A DNA stretch of 64,000 nucleotides from contig BQJF01000012.1 in the NCBI GenBank assembly GCA_021604565.1, positions 6,429-70,428 of the forward strand. The letters run 5' to 3'. This document shows positions 39,941 through 48,670 of this stretch, piece by piece (positions within the stretch are counted from its first letter, which is position 1; each line of letters opens with the position of its first letter). The stretch is from Minwuia thermotolerans (GTDB lineage Bacteria > Pseudomonadota > Alphaproteobacteria > Minwuiales > Minwuiaceae). The position numbers and the translations under genes were made by a program. The notes under the pieces were generated by a model. That model saw only the letters and a list, made by a program, of their open reading frames with translations, did no database searches and was not told where the DNA came from.

Positions 39941-41329
39941 ATGGCGACAACCGAGAATATCGAGCCGCACACGGCAAGCGTCGTCAGGCGATCCAGCGGA
40001 AACTATCTCAAGCTTGCCGTCGGCATCGCAACGGTCCTTGCCGCCCTCCTCGCTGATACAGGGATCCTGATGGCGATCGGCCTGGGGCTGTTTGGTTATT
40101 CGTTTGTATGGTTCGTGGATGCGACTGGTCGGGAAATTGCCATTGCACCGGTGGTATCCCTGATCGCCACGGCCCAGTGGATCGTTGGACCTTACTTCGC
40201 ATACTATCAGGACGCCGTAACCCTGAAATACCGCATGTATGTTGATGAAGAAACATACCTGCTTTTTGTTGTTCCATCATTGTTCTTGTTTGTATTTTTT
40301 ATGCGCGCAATTTCTCCCGTCATAGAAATATCACAAATACGGAATTTCATTCTCAACACAACCGTCTTGAATTCACGAAATATCTACTACATATTCCTGA
40401 TTGGTGTTGCATCTCAGTTTCTTGCAACCGATGCCTCCCCATCCCTGAAATTCATTCTGTTTCTCACCTCGCAATTTACCTTCATTGCCAGTATTTACAT
40501 GTTGGTCCTGAAGATGCAATTCAGATGGATCTGTATTTCTATCTCTTTTATTTTGCTATTCATGCTTTCCATTGAGTATAGCGTATTTCACGTCCTGCTT
40601 CTTTGGTCAGCCCTCATTGCCTCATATATATGTTCTGATTTGCGTATCGGTTTTTTGTCAAAGATTTCAATATTCCTGCTAGGCATTTTACTGGTTGTGC
40701 ATTTGCAGGCGGCAAAGGCCGAATACAGACTCAGGGTTCTGCAAGACCCTGCAAATGCAAATCTGTCGACTCTCGTCGATACGATGATCGAAAACTCGTT
40801 TCTCCAGAATTCGGAATTTGACTATCAACAATCTGAATCAGCACGATTGAATGCCCGACTGAATCAAGGATGGATCATCAGTGCCGTCATGGCCTACGTG
40901 CCGAATGCTCGTGAATTTGAAGAAGGGAGTACTATTGTAGATGCAGTAGCGGATAGCCTTTTGCCGCGATTCCTGCACGACAAGAAATCTGTCAGTGTTT
41001 CGGAAAATTTCGAACGATATACCGGCCTTCGAGTTTCCGACAATACATCGTTCGGCATCAGCGTCATCGGGGAGTCATGGGTAAATTTTGGATATTACGG
41101 CATCGTTTTCATGGGCTTTTTCGGTGCCTTTTATGCATCGATCCTGAGAACTGCAGTAACTATTTCCCGTAAATTCCCCACAGCGATCTTCTGGATACCC
41201 CTGATCTTTCTGCAGGCAACCAAGGCCGAGACCGAGACCGTTGTCGTGCTGAACCATATCGTGAAGTCAGGTGCCCTCGTCGCGATGTTCTATTTCTTTG
41301 CATACAAGGTTCTGAAGTGGCGCATCTAG
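39941..41329 (+). CDS. Polytopic membrane protein, putative Wzy-like polymerase, low GC
   Basis: About 10 hydrophobic helices, a periplasmic loop ending LLPRFL, and ISVIGESWVNFGYYG; located inside the glycan cluster. Confidence 0.6.
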   Translation: MATTENIEPHTASVVRRSSGNYLKLAVGIATVLAALLADTGILMAIGLGLFGYSFVWFVDATGREIAIAPVVSLIATAQWIVGPYFAYYQDAVTLKYRMYVDEETYLLFVVPSLFLFVFFMRAISPVIEISQIRNFILNTTVLNSRNIYYIFLIGVASQFLATDASPSLKFILFLTSQFTFIASIYMLVLKMQFRWICISISFILLFMLSIEYSVFHVLLLWSALIASYICSDLRIGFLSKISIFLLGILLVVHLQAAKAEYRLRVLQDPANANLSTLVDTMIENSFLQNSEFDYQQSESARLNARLNQGWIISAVMAYVPNAREFEEGSTIVDAVADSLLPRFLHDKKSVSVSENFERYTGLRVSDNTSFGISVIGESWVNFGYYGIVFMGFFGAFYASILRTAVTISRKFPTAIFWIPLIFLQATKAETETVVVLNHIVKSGALVAMFYFFAYKVLKWRI

Positions 41330-41364
41330 ACCTTCGGATTCACCTACAGGGCTGACTGAAGCCG

Positions 41365-42486
41365 ATGCGCATCTTCATGTCGTCGGGCAGTTTCGACCGC
41401 AGCTACGGAGGTCCGGCCTACTCGGTTTCCAGGCTCGGTCGGGCGCTGGCCGACGCAGGGGCCGAAGTCGGCCTTTGGGCACCGGATGGCAGCGCCGGTC
41501 GGTCCGATGTCATCCGCGCCAGCGAAGGTCAGGGGGAGGACCGGCTGGCACGGCTCGGCGGCCCCCTGCAAGCAGCGCTGGAGACATTCGGAGAGGTCGA
41601 TGTCCTTCACGACAGCGGCCTTTGGTGGTCCCACAATCATGCAATCAGCCGTCAAGCGCGGCAGACCGGGAAACCGGTCGTGGTCAGCACCCGTGGCATG
41701 CTCGCCCCCTGGGCAATGCGTCACAAGTACTGGCGCAAGAAGGTCGCCTGGCAGCTCTATCAGCGCCGGGATCTGGAGCGCGCCACCGCCATCCACGCGA
41801 CATCACCGGAAGAGGCAGGTCACGTCGCCGCCCTGAACCTCGGACACACGGCAACGCTGATCCCCAACGGCGCCGACCTGCCGGCCGACACGCCGTCACC
41901 TGAGACTGCAGCCCGAACGGGGCCACGGAAGGCCGTCTTCCTGGGCCGGTTGCACCCGGTCAAGGGACTGCCGCTGGCGCTGGAAGCATGGAAAGCTGTT
42001 CGACCCGATGGCTGGGTGTTCGAAATCGCCGGACCGGACGAGGACGGCTATCGCGCGGTGCTGCAGGACCAGATCACGAAGCTTGGGCTGGACGACTGCG
42101 TCAGGTTGATCGGCGCGGTCGATGGTAACACCAAGATCGAATTGCTGCGCGCAGCAGACCTCTTCGTGCTGCCCAGCCACTCCGAGAGCTTCGGGATGGT
42201 AGTGGCGGAGGCGCTGGCCCACAGCCTGCCGGTGCTGACGACCGAGGCCGTACCCTGGCCCGACCTTGAGCGGAACGACTGCGGCTGGCGCGTACCTGTC
42301 AGCGTTGCAGGCCTCTCCGAAGGCATATCCACAGCCACTGCCCAATCCGATGAGGCAAGGATTGCCATGGGCGAACGTGGCCATGACCTGGTGCGCACCC
42401 AGTACAGTTGGGAATCGGTGGCAAATCGGTTTCTCGATCTCTATTCCTCCGTCCAGACCGGTTTCAAGACAGGACAAGTTGCATGA
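41365..42486 (+). CDS. Glycosyltransferase family 4
   Basis: GGPAYSV, STRGML, FLGRLHPVKG, VLPSHSESFGMVVAEALA. Confidence 0.9.
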   Translation: MRIFMSSGSFDRSYGGPAYSVSRLGRALADAGAEVGLWAPDGSAGRSDVIRASEGQGEDRLARLGGPLQAALETFGEVDVLHDSGLWWSHNHAISRQARQTGKPVVVSTRGMLAPWAMRHKYWRKKVAWQLYQRRDLERATAIHATSPEEAGHVAALNLGHTATLIPNGADLPADTPSPETAARTGPRKAVFLGRLHPVKGLPLALEAWKAVRPDGWVFEIAGPDEDGYRAVLQDQITKLGLDDCVRLIGAVDGNTKIELLRAADLFVLPSHSESFGMVVAEALAHSLPVLTTEAVPWPDLERNDCGWRVPVSVAGLSEGISTATAQSDEARIAMGERGHDLVRTQYSWESVANRFLDLYSSVQTGFKTGQVA

Positions 42487-44234
42487 TCATCCTAGGCGTG
42501 AACGCCTTTCACGGGGACAGCTCCGCCTGTCTGATCCGTGACGGCAAGCTGGTCGCCGCGCTGGAGGAGGAACGCCTTCGCCGGATCAAGCACTGGGCGG
42601 GGTTCCCCTCCGAATCCATCCGCTACTGCCTCGACGAAGCGGGTCTGGGGCTTGGCGATGTCGATGTGCTGGCCGTCAATCAGGACAGCAGGGCCAGCCT
42701 GCCGCGCAAGATCGGCTATGTGTTGCGCAAGCGCCCTGATCTGAGCCTGGTGCTCGACCGTATCCGCAACCGCCATGCCCGGCGCAGCCTGCCCGACCTG
42801 ATCGGTGAAGCCTTTCCGGGAGAGTCGTTCACCGGCGAGATCCGCAATATCGAACATCACCGCGCGCATCTGTCCTCGGCCTTCCACGTTTCCCCGTTCG
42901 AGGAGGCGACCGTCGTTTCCGTGGACGGATTCGGCGACTTCTCCAGTGGCGCGTGGGGGATCGGGCGCGGCACGGAGATCAGCATGGAGGGGAAGGTCTA
43001 TTTCCCCCATTCGCTGGGCATCTTCTATCAGGCGCTGACGCAGTATCTCGGTTTCCGGCACTATGGTGACGAGTACAAGGTCATGGGCCTGGCCCCCTAC
43101 GGCAAGCCGGACCTGATGGACGAGATGCGCCAGATCGTGAAGCTGCAGTCCGATGGCGGCTACCAGCTCGACCTGCGGTACTTCCGTCATCACAGGGAAG
43201 GTGTGCAGTACGAGTGGAAATCCGGCATCCCGGAAGTCGGCACCCTGTTCTCCGACGCTCTGGAGGGACTGCTGGGCCCGGCAAGGGAACCGACGACGGG
43301 GATCGGTCAGCGCCACTATGACATCGCCCGTTCGGTGCAGGCGATGTACGAGGAAGCCTTCTTCAACATGCTCAACACGCTGCAGCCGCGCCACGGTCTG
43401 AAGACCCTGTGTCTGGCCGGTGGCTGCGCCATGAATTCCGTCGCCAACGGCAAGGTCCGCCGCCAGACGGCTTACGAGAAGGTCTATATCCAGTCGGCTG
43501 CGGGTGATGCGGGCGGTGCCATCGGTGCCGCCTACGCCGCATGGCATGACACCGGGGCGCCGCGCAGCTTCGTCATGGATCACGCCTACTGGGGCCCGGC
43601 CTACGATGCGGAGACCGTGCAAGACGTTCTGGACGATAACGAGGACGCCATCGCGGCCGCCGGTTGCACCGTCACGACCCATGACCGGGAAAGCGACCTC
43701 TGCATCCGGACCGCGAAGGCCATCGCCGATGGCAAGGTCATTGGCTGGTTCCAGGGGCGGCTGGAATGGGGGCCGCGGGCGCTGGGCAACCGCTCCATCC
43801 TCTGCGATCCGCGCCGTGGCGACATGAAGGCGGTGCTGAACGCCAAGATCAAGAAGCGGGAGAGCTTCCGGCCCTTCGCGCCCTCGATCCTGTCAGAGCA
43901 TGTCTCGGACTGGTTCGAGGAGGACGACAACGTTCCCTTCATGATGCAGGTCTTCCAGATCCGCGAGCCGAAGCGCAGCGAGATTCCGGCGGTCACCCAT
44001 GTCGATGGCTCCGGGCGGCTGCAGACCGTGCATCGGTCGGCCAATCCGCGCTATCACGCGCTGATCTCCGCCTTTGGTGACCTGACCGGCGTGCCGATCC
44101 TGCTGAACACCTCGTTCAACGAGAACGAGCCGGTGGTCTGCCGTCCACAGGAAGCACTGGACTGCTTCCTGCGTACCGACATGGATGTCCTGGTACTGGG
44201 CGACACCATCATCGAACGCCAGCGCGACACCTGA
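42483..44234 (+). CDS. Carbamoyltransferase (NodU/CmcH family)
   Basis: HGDSSA, EEERLRRIKH, EHHRAH, VDGFGD, GDEYKVMGLAPYG, AGGCAMNSVANG, GPRALGNRSI, KRESFRPFAP, LNTSFN. Confidence 0.93.
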   Translation: MIILGVNAFHGDSSACLIRDGKLVAALEEERLRRIKHWAGFPSESIRYCLDEAGLGLGDVDVLAVNQDSRASLPRKIGYVLRKRPDLSLVLDRIRNRHARRSLPDLIGEAFPGESFTGEIRNIEHHRAHLSSAFHVSPFEEATVVSVDGFGDFSSGAWGIGRGTEISMEGKVYFPHSLGIFYQALTQYLGFRHYGDEYKVMGLAPYGKPDLMDEMRQIVKLQSDGGYQLDLRYFRHHREGVQYEWKSGIPEVGTLFSDALEGLLGPAREPTTGIGQRHYDIARSVQAMYEEAFFNMLNTLQPRHGLKTLCLAGGCAMNSVANGKVRRQTAYEKVYIQSAAGDAGGAIGAAYAAWHDTGAPRSFVMDHAYWGPAYDAETVQDVLDDNEDAIAAAGCTVTTHDRESDLCIRTAKAIADGKVIGWFQGRLEWGPRALGNRSILCDPRRGDMKAVLNAKIKKRESFRPFAPSILSEHVSDWFEEDDNVPFMMQVFQIREPKRSEIPAVTHVDGSGRLQTVHRSANPRYHALISAFGDLTGVPILLNTSFNENEPVVCRPQEALDCFLRTDMDVLVLGDTIIERQRDT

Positions 44235-44237
44235 CTC

Positions 44238-45674
44238 TCAGACGGCTTCCGCAATGGCCCGCATCGGGGGCAGCGCGGCTTCCGCATCCTGTTGCAGGAC
44301 CGCACCCATGAGGATCAGACAGGGTTGCGTGGGGTCAAGTTCACCGACCATCGTTGCCACCTTTCCCAGCGTCGAATGCACCCAGGCTTCTTCGGGGCGG
44401 GAAATGCTCACTCCGACGGATACCGGTCGTGACCCGCATGCACCATGCGCCATGGCCTCGGCGCTGAACGACGCCAGACGACCACGCCCCATGTAGAGCG
44501 CAATGGTCGTCCGCTCGGACGCGACGGCGTGCCAGTCAATCTCCGCCGGGCCATCTCCCCTCCCGTGACCTGAAACATAGAGAAGCTGACGACCGAAATG
44601 GCGGTCGGTCAGGGTCTTTCCCATGCTTGCCGCCGCCGCTGAAGCAGTGGTGATGCCGGGAACAATGCTGACAGCAATTCCAGCGACACGCAGCGCCCGG
44701 ACCTCTTCCCCGCCACGGCTGAAGATTGCCGGGTCCCCGGCCTTCAGCCGGACGACGTGTTTCCCCTCCCCCGCGAACCGGACCATCAGGCGGTTGATTT
44801 CCTCCTGCCTGCAGGATGGGCGGCCACCGCGCTTGCCGACGGGCATGCGCTGCGCCTCCCGACGGGCCAGTTCCAGGATTTCGTCGGATACCAGTGCATC
44901 GAACAGCACGACATCCGCATCCTGCAGCGCCCGGATCGCCTTCACGGTCAGCAGGTCGGGATCACCCGGACCAGCCCCCACAAGTGTTACCCGGCCGTGC
45001 TCAGGTGTCCTGTCGAAGACCGGCAATGCATCACCCGCGTCCGACGGCAGGTCGATGCCGGACAGCGCCGCGTCGGCAAAACGGGACCACCAGGCACGGC
45101 GCAGGCTGGGCAGCGGCAGAGACGCCCTGACCGTGCCACGCAACGCCCGCGCCCGCGCACCCCATTCGCCGAGATTGCGCGGCAGCAACCGCTCGACCCC
45201 TTGCCGGATTGCCTGCCCCAGCACCGGGGCAGCGCCATCAGTCGAGATGCCGACCACGACAGGTGAACGATTGACGATGGATCCGAACTGCACCGTACAG
45301 AGTGCAGGGCGGTCGATCTGGTTGATCGGGACACCCTGGGCAACCGCCGCCTCAAACAGCTTCTGCGCCTGCGCATCCGCATCAATATCCGCCACCACGA
45401 GTGCAAAGTCCGACAGTCGGGCAAGGGACGCATTGAAACCACAAGATCGCAGGTCGTGACGGTCGATCAGCGCGGCAACTTCCGCGACCGGGTCTTCCGC
45501 CACCAGCGTCGGGACCGCTCCGGCGGCCAGCAGCAGTTCAAGCTTCCACGCCACGGCTGCGGCCCCACCCACGACCAGCACAGGCCGGTCCTGCAACCGG
45601 TGGAACAGCGGCAGAACGGCCATGGGCGCGATCCGCTCTGCCGATGTTTCAGACAGCTTCCGCGACCTGCGCAT
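44238..45674 (-). CDS. cysG: Siroheme synthase
   Basis: LPLFHRL, STDGAAPVL, TLVGAGPGDPDLLT, VRLKAGDP, VPGITTA. Confidence 0.92.
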   Translation of the reverse strand: MRRSRKLSETSAERIAPMAVLPLFHRLQDRPVLVVGGAAAVAWKLELLLAAGAVPTLVAEDPVAEVAALIDRHDLRSCGFNASLARLSDFALVVADIDADAQAQKLFEAAVAQGVPINQIDRPALCTVQFGSIVNRSPVVVGISTDGAAPVLGQAIRQGVERLLPRNLGEWGARARALRGTVRASLPLPSLRRAWWSRFADAALSGIDLPSDAGDALPVFDRTPEHGRVTLVGAGPGDPDLLTVKAIRALQDADVVLFDALVSDEILELARREAQRMPVGKRGGRPSCRQEEINRLMVRFAGEGKHVVRLKAGDPAIFSRGGEEVRALRVAGIAVSIVPGITTASAAAASMGKTLTDRHFGRQLLYVSGHGRGDGPAEIDWHAVASERTTIALYMGRGRLASFSAEAMAHGACGSRPVSVGVSISRPEEAWVHSTLGKVATMVGELDPTQPCLILMGAVLQQDAEAALPPMRAIAEAV

Positions 45675-48321
45675 TGTTCAGCAGCCTCCCGATCTCGCTC
45701 TGGCAGGAACCGCAGCCGGTTCCGGCACCCGTGACCTCACCAACAGCCCGGACACTGCAGGCACCGCCCGCGATTGCCTCACCGATGGCACGGGTGCCGA
45801 CATTGTTGCAGGCACAGACCATGAACCCCGGTCCCGCGCTCGCATCAGCCGGGCGACCGGCCAGCAGGCGGGCACGCGCGGAGACTTCGGCAAATGTCTC
45901 ACCCAGACAGGACAGCAACCATTCGCGTTCGACAGCCACGGGGTTGCTGGCGGCGAGGAACGCGCCGATCAGGCGGCCCTGGCGAAAGACCGCCAACCGG
46001 TATAGGCCCAGGTGATTGTCCAGATACTGCAACCTCTCCAGTCCCTCTTCTGCCGACAGGCCGAGAAGCCGATCAGTTAGTCCGGATTCGGGAACATTAC
46101 CGCTGCCCGCGCATTCAAACCTGTAGCCCGGACCCGACCGCACGGCGGCCCAGTAGTCGGTCCCGTCGAGGACGGGTCGCTGAAGACTGGCGCCGAAGCC
46201 ATACCAGTCGGCGTCCTGCCGCTGCATGCGGACACGCGATGACTTGAGGGCGGGCTGACCGGATACGGGATCGACCGTGCTGCGTACCAGCGCATCGACC
46301 CGCGCCGTCATCGCCGTCTGGCCAGTCCAGTGCATCGGGCTGAAGACGGTGCCCGGCTGTTGTGCGTCCGTGATCAGGGCCCTGGCGACCAACCGCCCAC
46401 ATTCGTTCGAAAGCCGAACGAGATCCGCCGCCGTGATGCCCAACCGCTTCGCATCGACCGGATGCAGGGCCACGAAAGGTTCCGCCAGATGCTGTGAGAG
46501 CCGCGCGGAGCGACCGGTGCGGGTCATGGTGTGCCACTGATCCCTGACGCGTCCGGTATTCAGAACGAAGGTTTCCGGTTCGGCGTCAGCCAGTGCCGGT
46601 GTCAGGGTCGGCACGAACCGGGCGCGCCGGTCTGCGGTGAAGAACTCACCATCAGACAGGTTCGGACCGACAGATGACGACGTGCGGGCCGGAACCGGCC
46701 ATTGCACCGGCTGCAGACAGTCGAAGCCGCTGCGTCCCAGCCCGGCCAGTCCACCGATATCGAAGTCCCGCTGACCATTGTTGTCGAGGGCGGATAGCCG
46801 GGCATGCTCGTCGAAGATCGCGTCGGGTCCGGCATAGTCGAAGGCCTGCCGGAACCCCATCGCTTTCGCCACATCACAGATGATGCGCCAGTCGGGACGC
46901 GCGGCACCGGGCAGAGGGCGAAATGCGCGCTGCCGACTGATCCTGCGTTCGGAATTCGTGACCGTTCCGTCCTTCTCGCTCCAGCTTGCAGCAGGCAGCA
47001 GGATGTCAGCGATCTCGGCCGTATCGGTCCGTCGCTCGACATCGGACACCACGACGAGCGGACAGGCCTTGAGCGCACGGCACACGCGGTCAGCATCCGG
47101 CATGGTGACAGCAGGGTTGGTGGCCATGATCCACACGGCCCGGACCCGACCCGCCTCGATCGCTTCGAAAAGCTCGACCGCCTTCAGACCTGACCGGGCG
47201 GCCATGGCCGGTGCCTGCCAGAATTCCTGCACCCGCGCCCGGTCGGTCGGATTCTCGATGTCCATGTGCGCGGCAAGCTGGTTGGCAAGCCCGCCAACCT
47301 CCCGCCCGCCCATGGCGTTCGGCTGTCCGGTGATGGAGAACGGCCCCATGCCGGGACGCCCGATACGACCCGTCAGCAGATGGCAGTTGATGATGGCGTT
47401 GACCCTGTCCGTTCCGTCCGCCGCCTGGTTCACCCCCTGGCTGAAGACAGTCACGGTCCTGTCGTGGGTGGCGAACATCTCCCGGAATGCCGCGATCTGT
47501 GCCGGGCCGAGACCGGTCAGTGCTTCGGTCTCCGCCTGCCCTGTCGCCCCGGCTGCGTGCAGGGCATCCTCCAGCCCGTTGGTGTGCTGCGCCACGAAGG
47601 CCGCATCCGCATGCCCCTGTTCCGCAAGCCAGACCAGCAAATTGCTGAACAGCGCCAGATCACCGCCGCTGCGGATTGGCAGATGCAGATCGGCCAGTTC
47701 TGCTGTCGGTGTCCGGCGCGGGTCTATAACGACGATCTTCATGCCGGGACGGGCATCGCGCGCGGCCAGCAGGCGCTGGAACAGCACCGGATGACACCAG
47801 GCCAGGTTGGAGCCGACCAGGACCACCAGATCCGCCTGCTCCAGATCCGCGTAGGAAACCGGCACGAAATCGGCACCGAAGGCGCGCTTGTGTCCCGCCA
47901 CTGCCGAAGCCATGCAGAGCCGGGAATTGGTGTCGATGTTGCCGGAGCCGATAAAACCCTTCATCAGCTTGTTGGCGACGTAATAGTCCTCCGTCAGCAA
48001 CTGGCCCGAGACATAGAAGGCGACCGAGTCCGGACCATGTTCGGCGATGGTGCGGCTGAAACCATCCGCGACCCCGGCGATGGCGTCATCCCAGGTCACC
48101 GGCTTTCCACCGACTTCAGGCGCCAGCAATCGCCCGTCCAGCCCCAGCGTCTCCCCCAGCGCCGCACCCTTGGAACAGAGGCGGCCAAAGTTCGCCGGAT
48201 GCTCCGGATCCCCCTTGATCTCCATCGTGCCGTCAGGCCGGGCGGTCGCCAGCACACCACACCCGACGCCGCAGTAGGGGCAGGTGGTGCGCACGGTGGG
48301 CGACGCGGCGCTGTCAGGCAT
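45649..48321 (-). CDS. nasA: Assimilatory nitrate reductase catalytic subunit
   Basis: TTCPYCGVGCG, GRLCSKG, SGQLLTEDYY, DTNSRLCMASA, TGQPNAMGGRE, LNTGRVRDQWHTMTRTG, C-terminal CAC...GTGCGSC. Confidence 0.95.
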   Translation of the reverse strand: MPDSAASPTVRTTCPYCGVGCGVLATARPDGTMEIKGDPEHPANFGRLCSKGAALGETLGLDGRLLAPEVGGKPVTWDDAIAGVADGFSRTIAEHGPDSVAFYVSGQLLTEDYYVANKLMKGFIGSGNIDTNSRLCMASAVAGHKRAFGADFVPVSYADLEQADLVVLVGSNLAWCHPVLFQRLLAARDARPGMKIVVIDPRRTPTAELADLHLPIRSGGDLALFSNLLVWLAEQGHADAAFVAQHTNGLEDALHAAGATGQAETEALTGLGPAQIAAFREMFATHDRTVTVFSQGVNQAADGTDRVNAIINCHLLTGRIGRPGMGPFSITGQPNAMGGREVGGLANQLAAHMDIENPTDRARVQEFWQAPAMAARSGLKAVELFEAIEAGRVRAVWIMATNPAVTMPDADRVCRALKACPLVVVSDVERRTDTAEIADILLPAASWSEKDGTVTNSERRISRQRAFRPLPGAARPDWRIICDVAKAMGFRQAFDYAGPDAIFDEHARLSALDNNGQRDFDIGGLAGLGRSGFDCLQPVQWPVPARTSSSVGPNLSDGEFFTADRRARFVPTLTPALADAEPETFVLNTGRVRDQWHTMTRTGRSARLSQHLAEPFVALHPVDAKRLGITAADLVRLSNECGRLVARALITDAQQPGTVFSPMHWTGQTAMTARVDALVRSTVDPVSGQPALKSSRVRMQRQDADWYGFGASLQRPVLDGTDYWAAVRSGPGYRFECAGSGNVPESGLTDRLLGLSAEEGLERLQYLDNHLGLYRLAVFRQGRLIGAFLAASNPVAVEREWLLSCLGETFAEVSARARLLAGRPADASAGPGFMVCACNNVGTRAIGEAIAGGACSVRAVGEVTGAGTGCGSCQSEIGRLLNNAQVAEAV

Positions 48322-48670
48322 CTGCACCCTCCGCACCGACCCGCAGGCAATCGCCACTCAACAGGATGCGGCCACCCTCGATACGGGTGGGGAAGGCGGT
48401 GACCCGGCCACTGTCGGCACCCTGCGCCTCCCCCGTTTCCAGGCTGATGACCCAGTTGTGCAGCGGGCAGGTGACGGACGCCCCATGCACGATGCCCTGA
48501 CTGAGAGGGCCCTGCTTGTGCGGGCAACGGTCCTCCAGCGCGAAGACCTGGTCATCGACGGTGCGAAACACCGCGATGCAGCCCTGGGGCAGGCGCAGAA
48601 CCCGCCCGCCGCGCCGTGGCACATCTTCCAGTGCCGCAATATCCAGCCAACGTTCCGTCGAGTGCTGCAT
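48314..48670 (-). CDS. nirD: Nitrite reductase small (Rieske) subunit
   Basis: FALEDRCPHKQGPLSQG...CPLHNW. Confidence 0.93.
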   Translation of the reverse strand: MQHSTERWLDIAALEDVPRRGGRVLRLPQGCIAVFRTVDDQVFALEDRCPHKQGPLSQGIVHGASVTCPLHNWVISLETGEAQGADSGRVTAFPTRIEGGRILLSGDCLRVGAEGADA

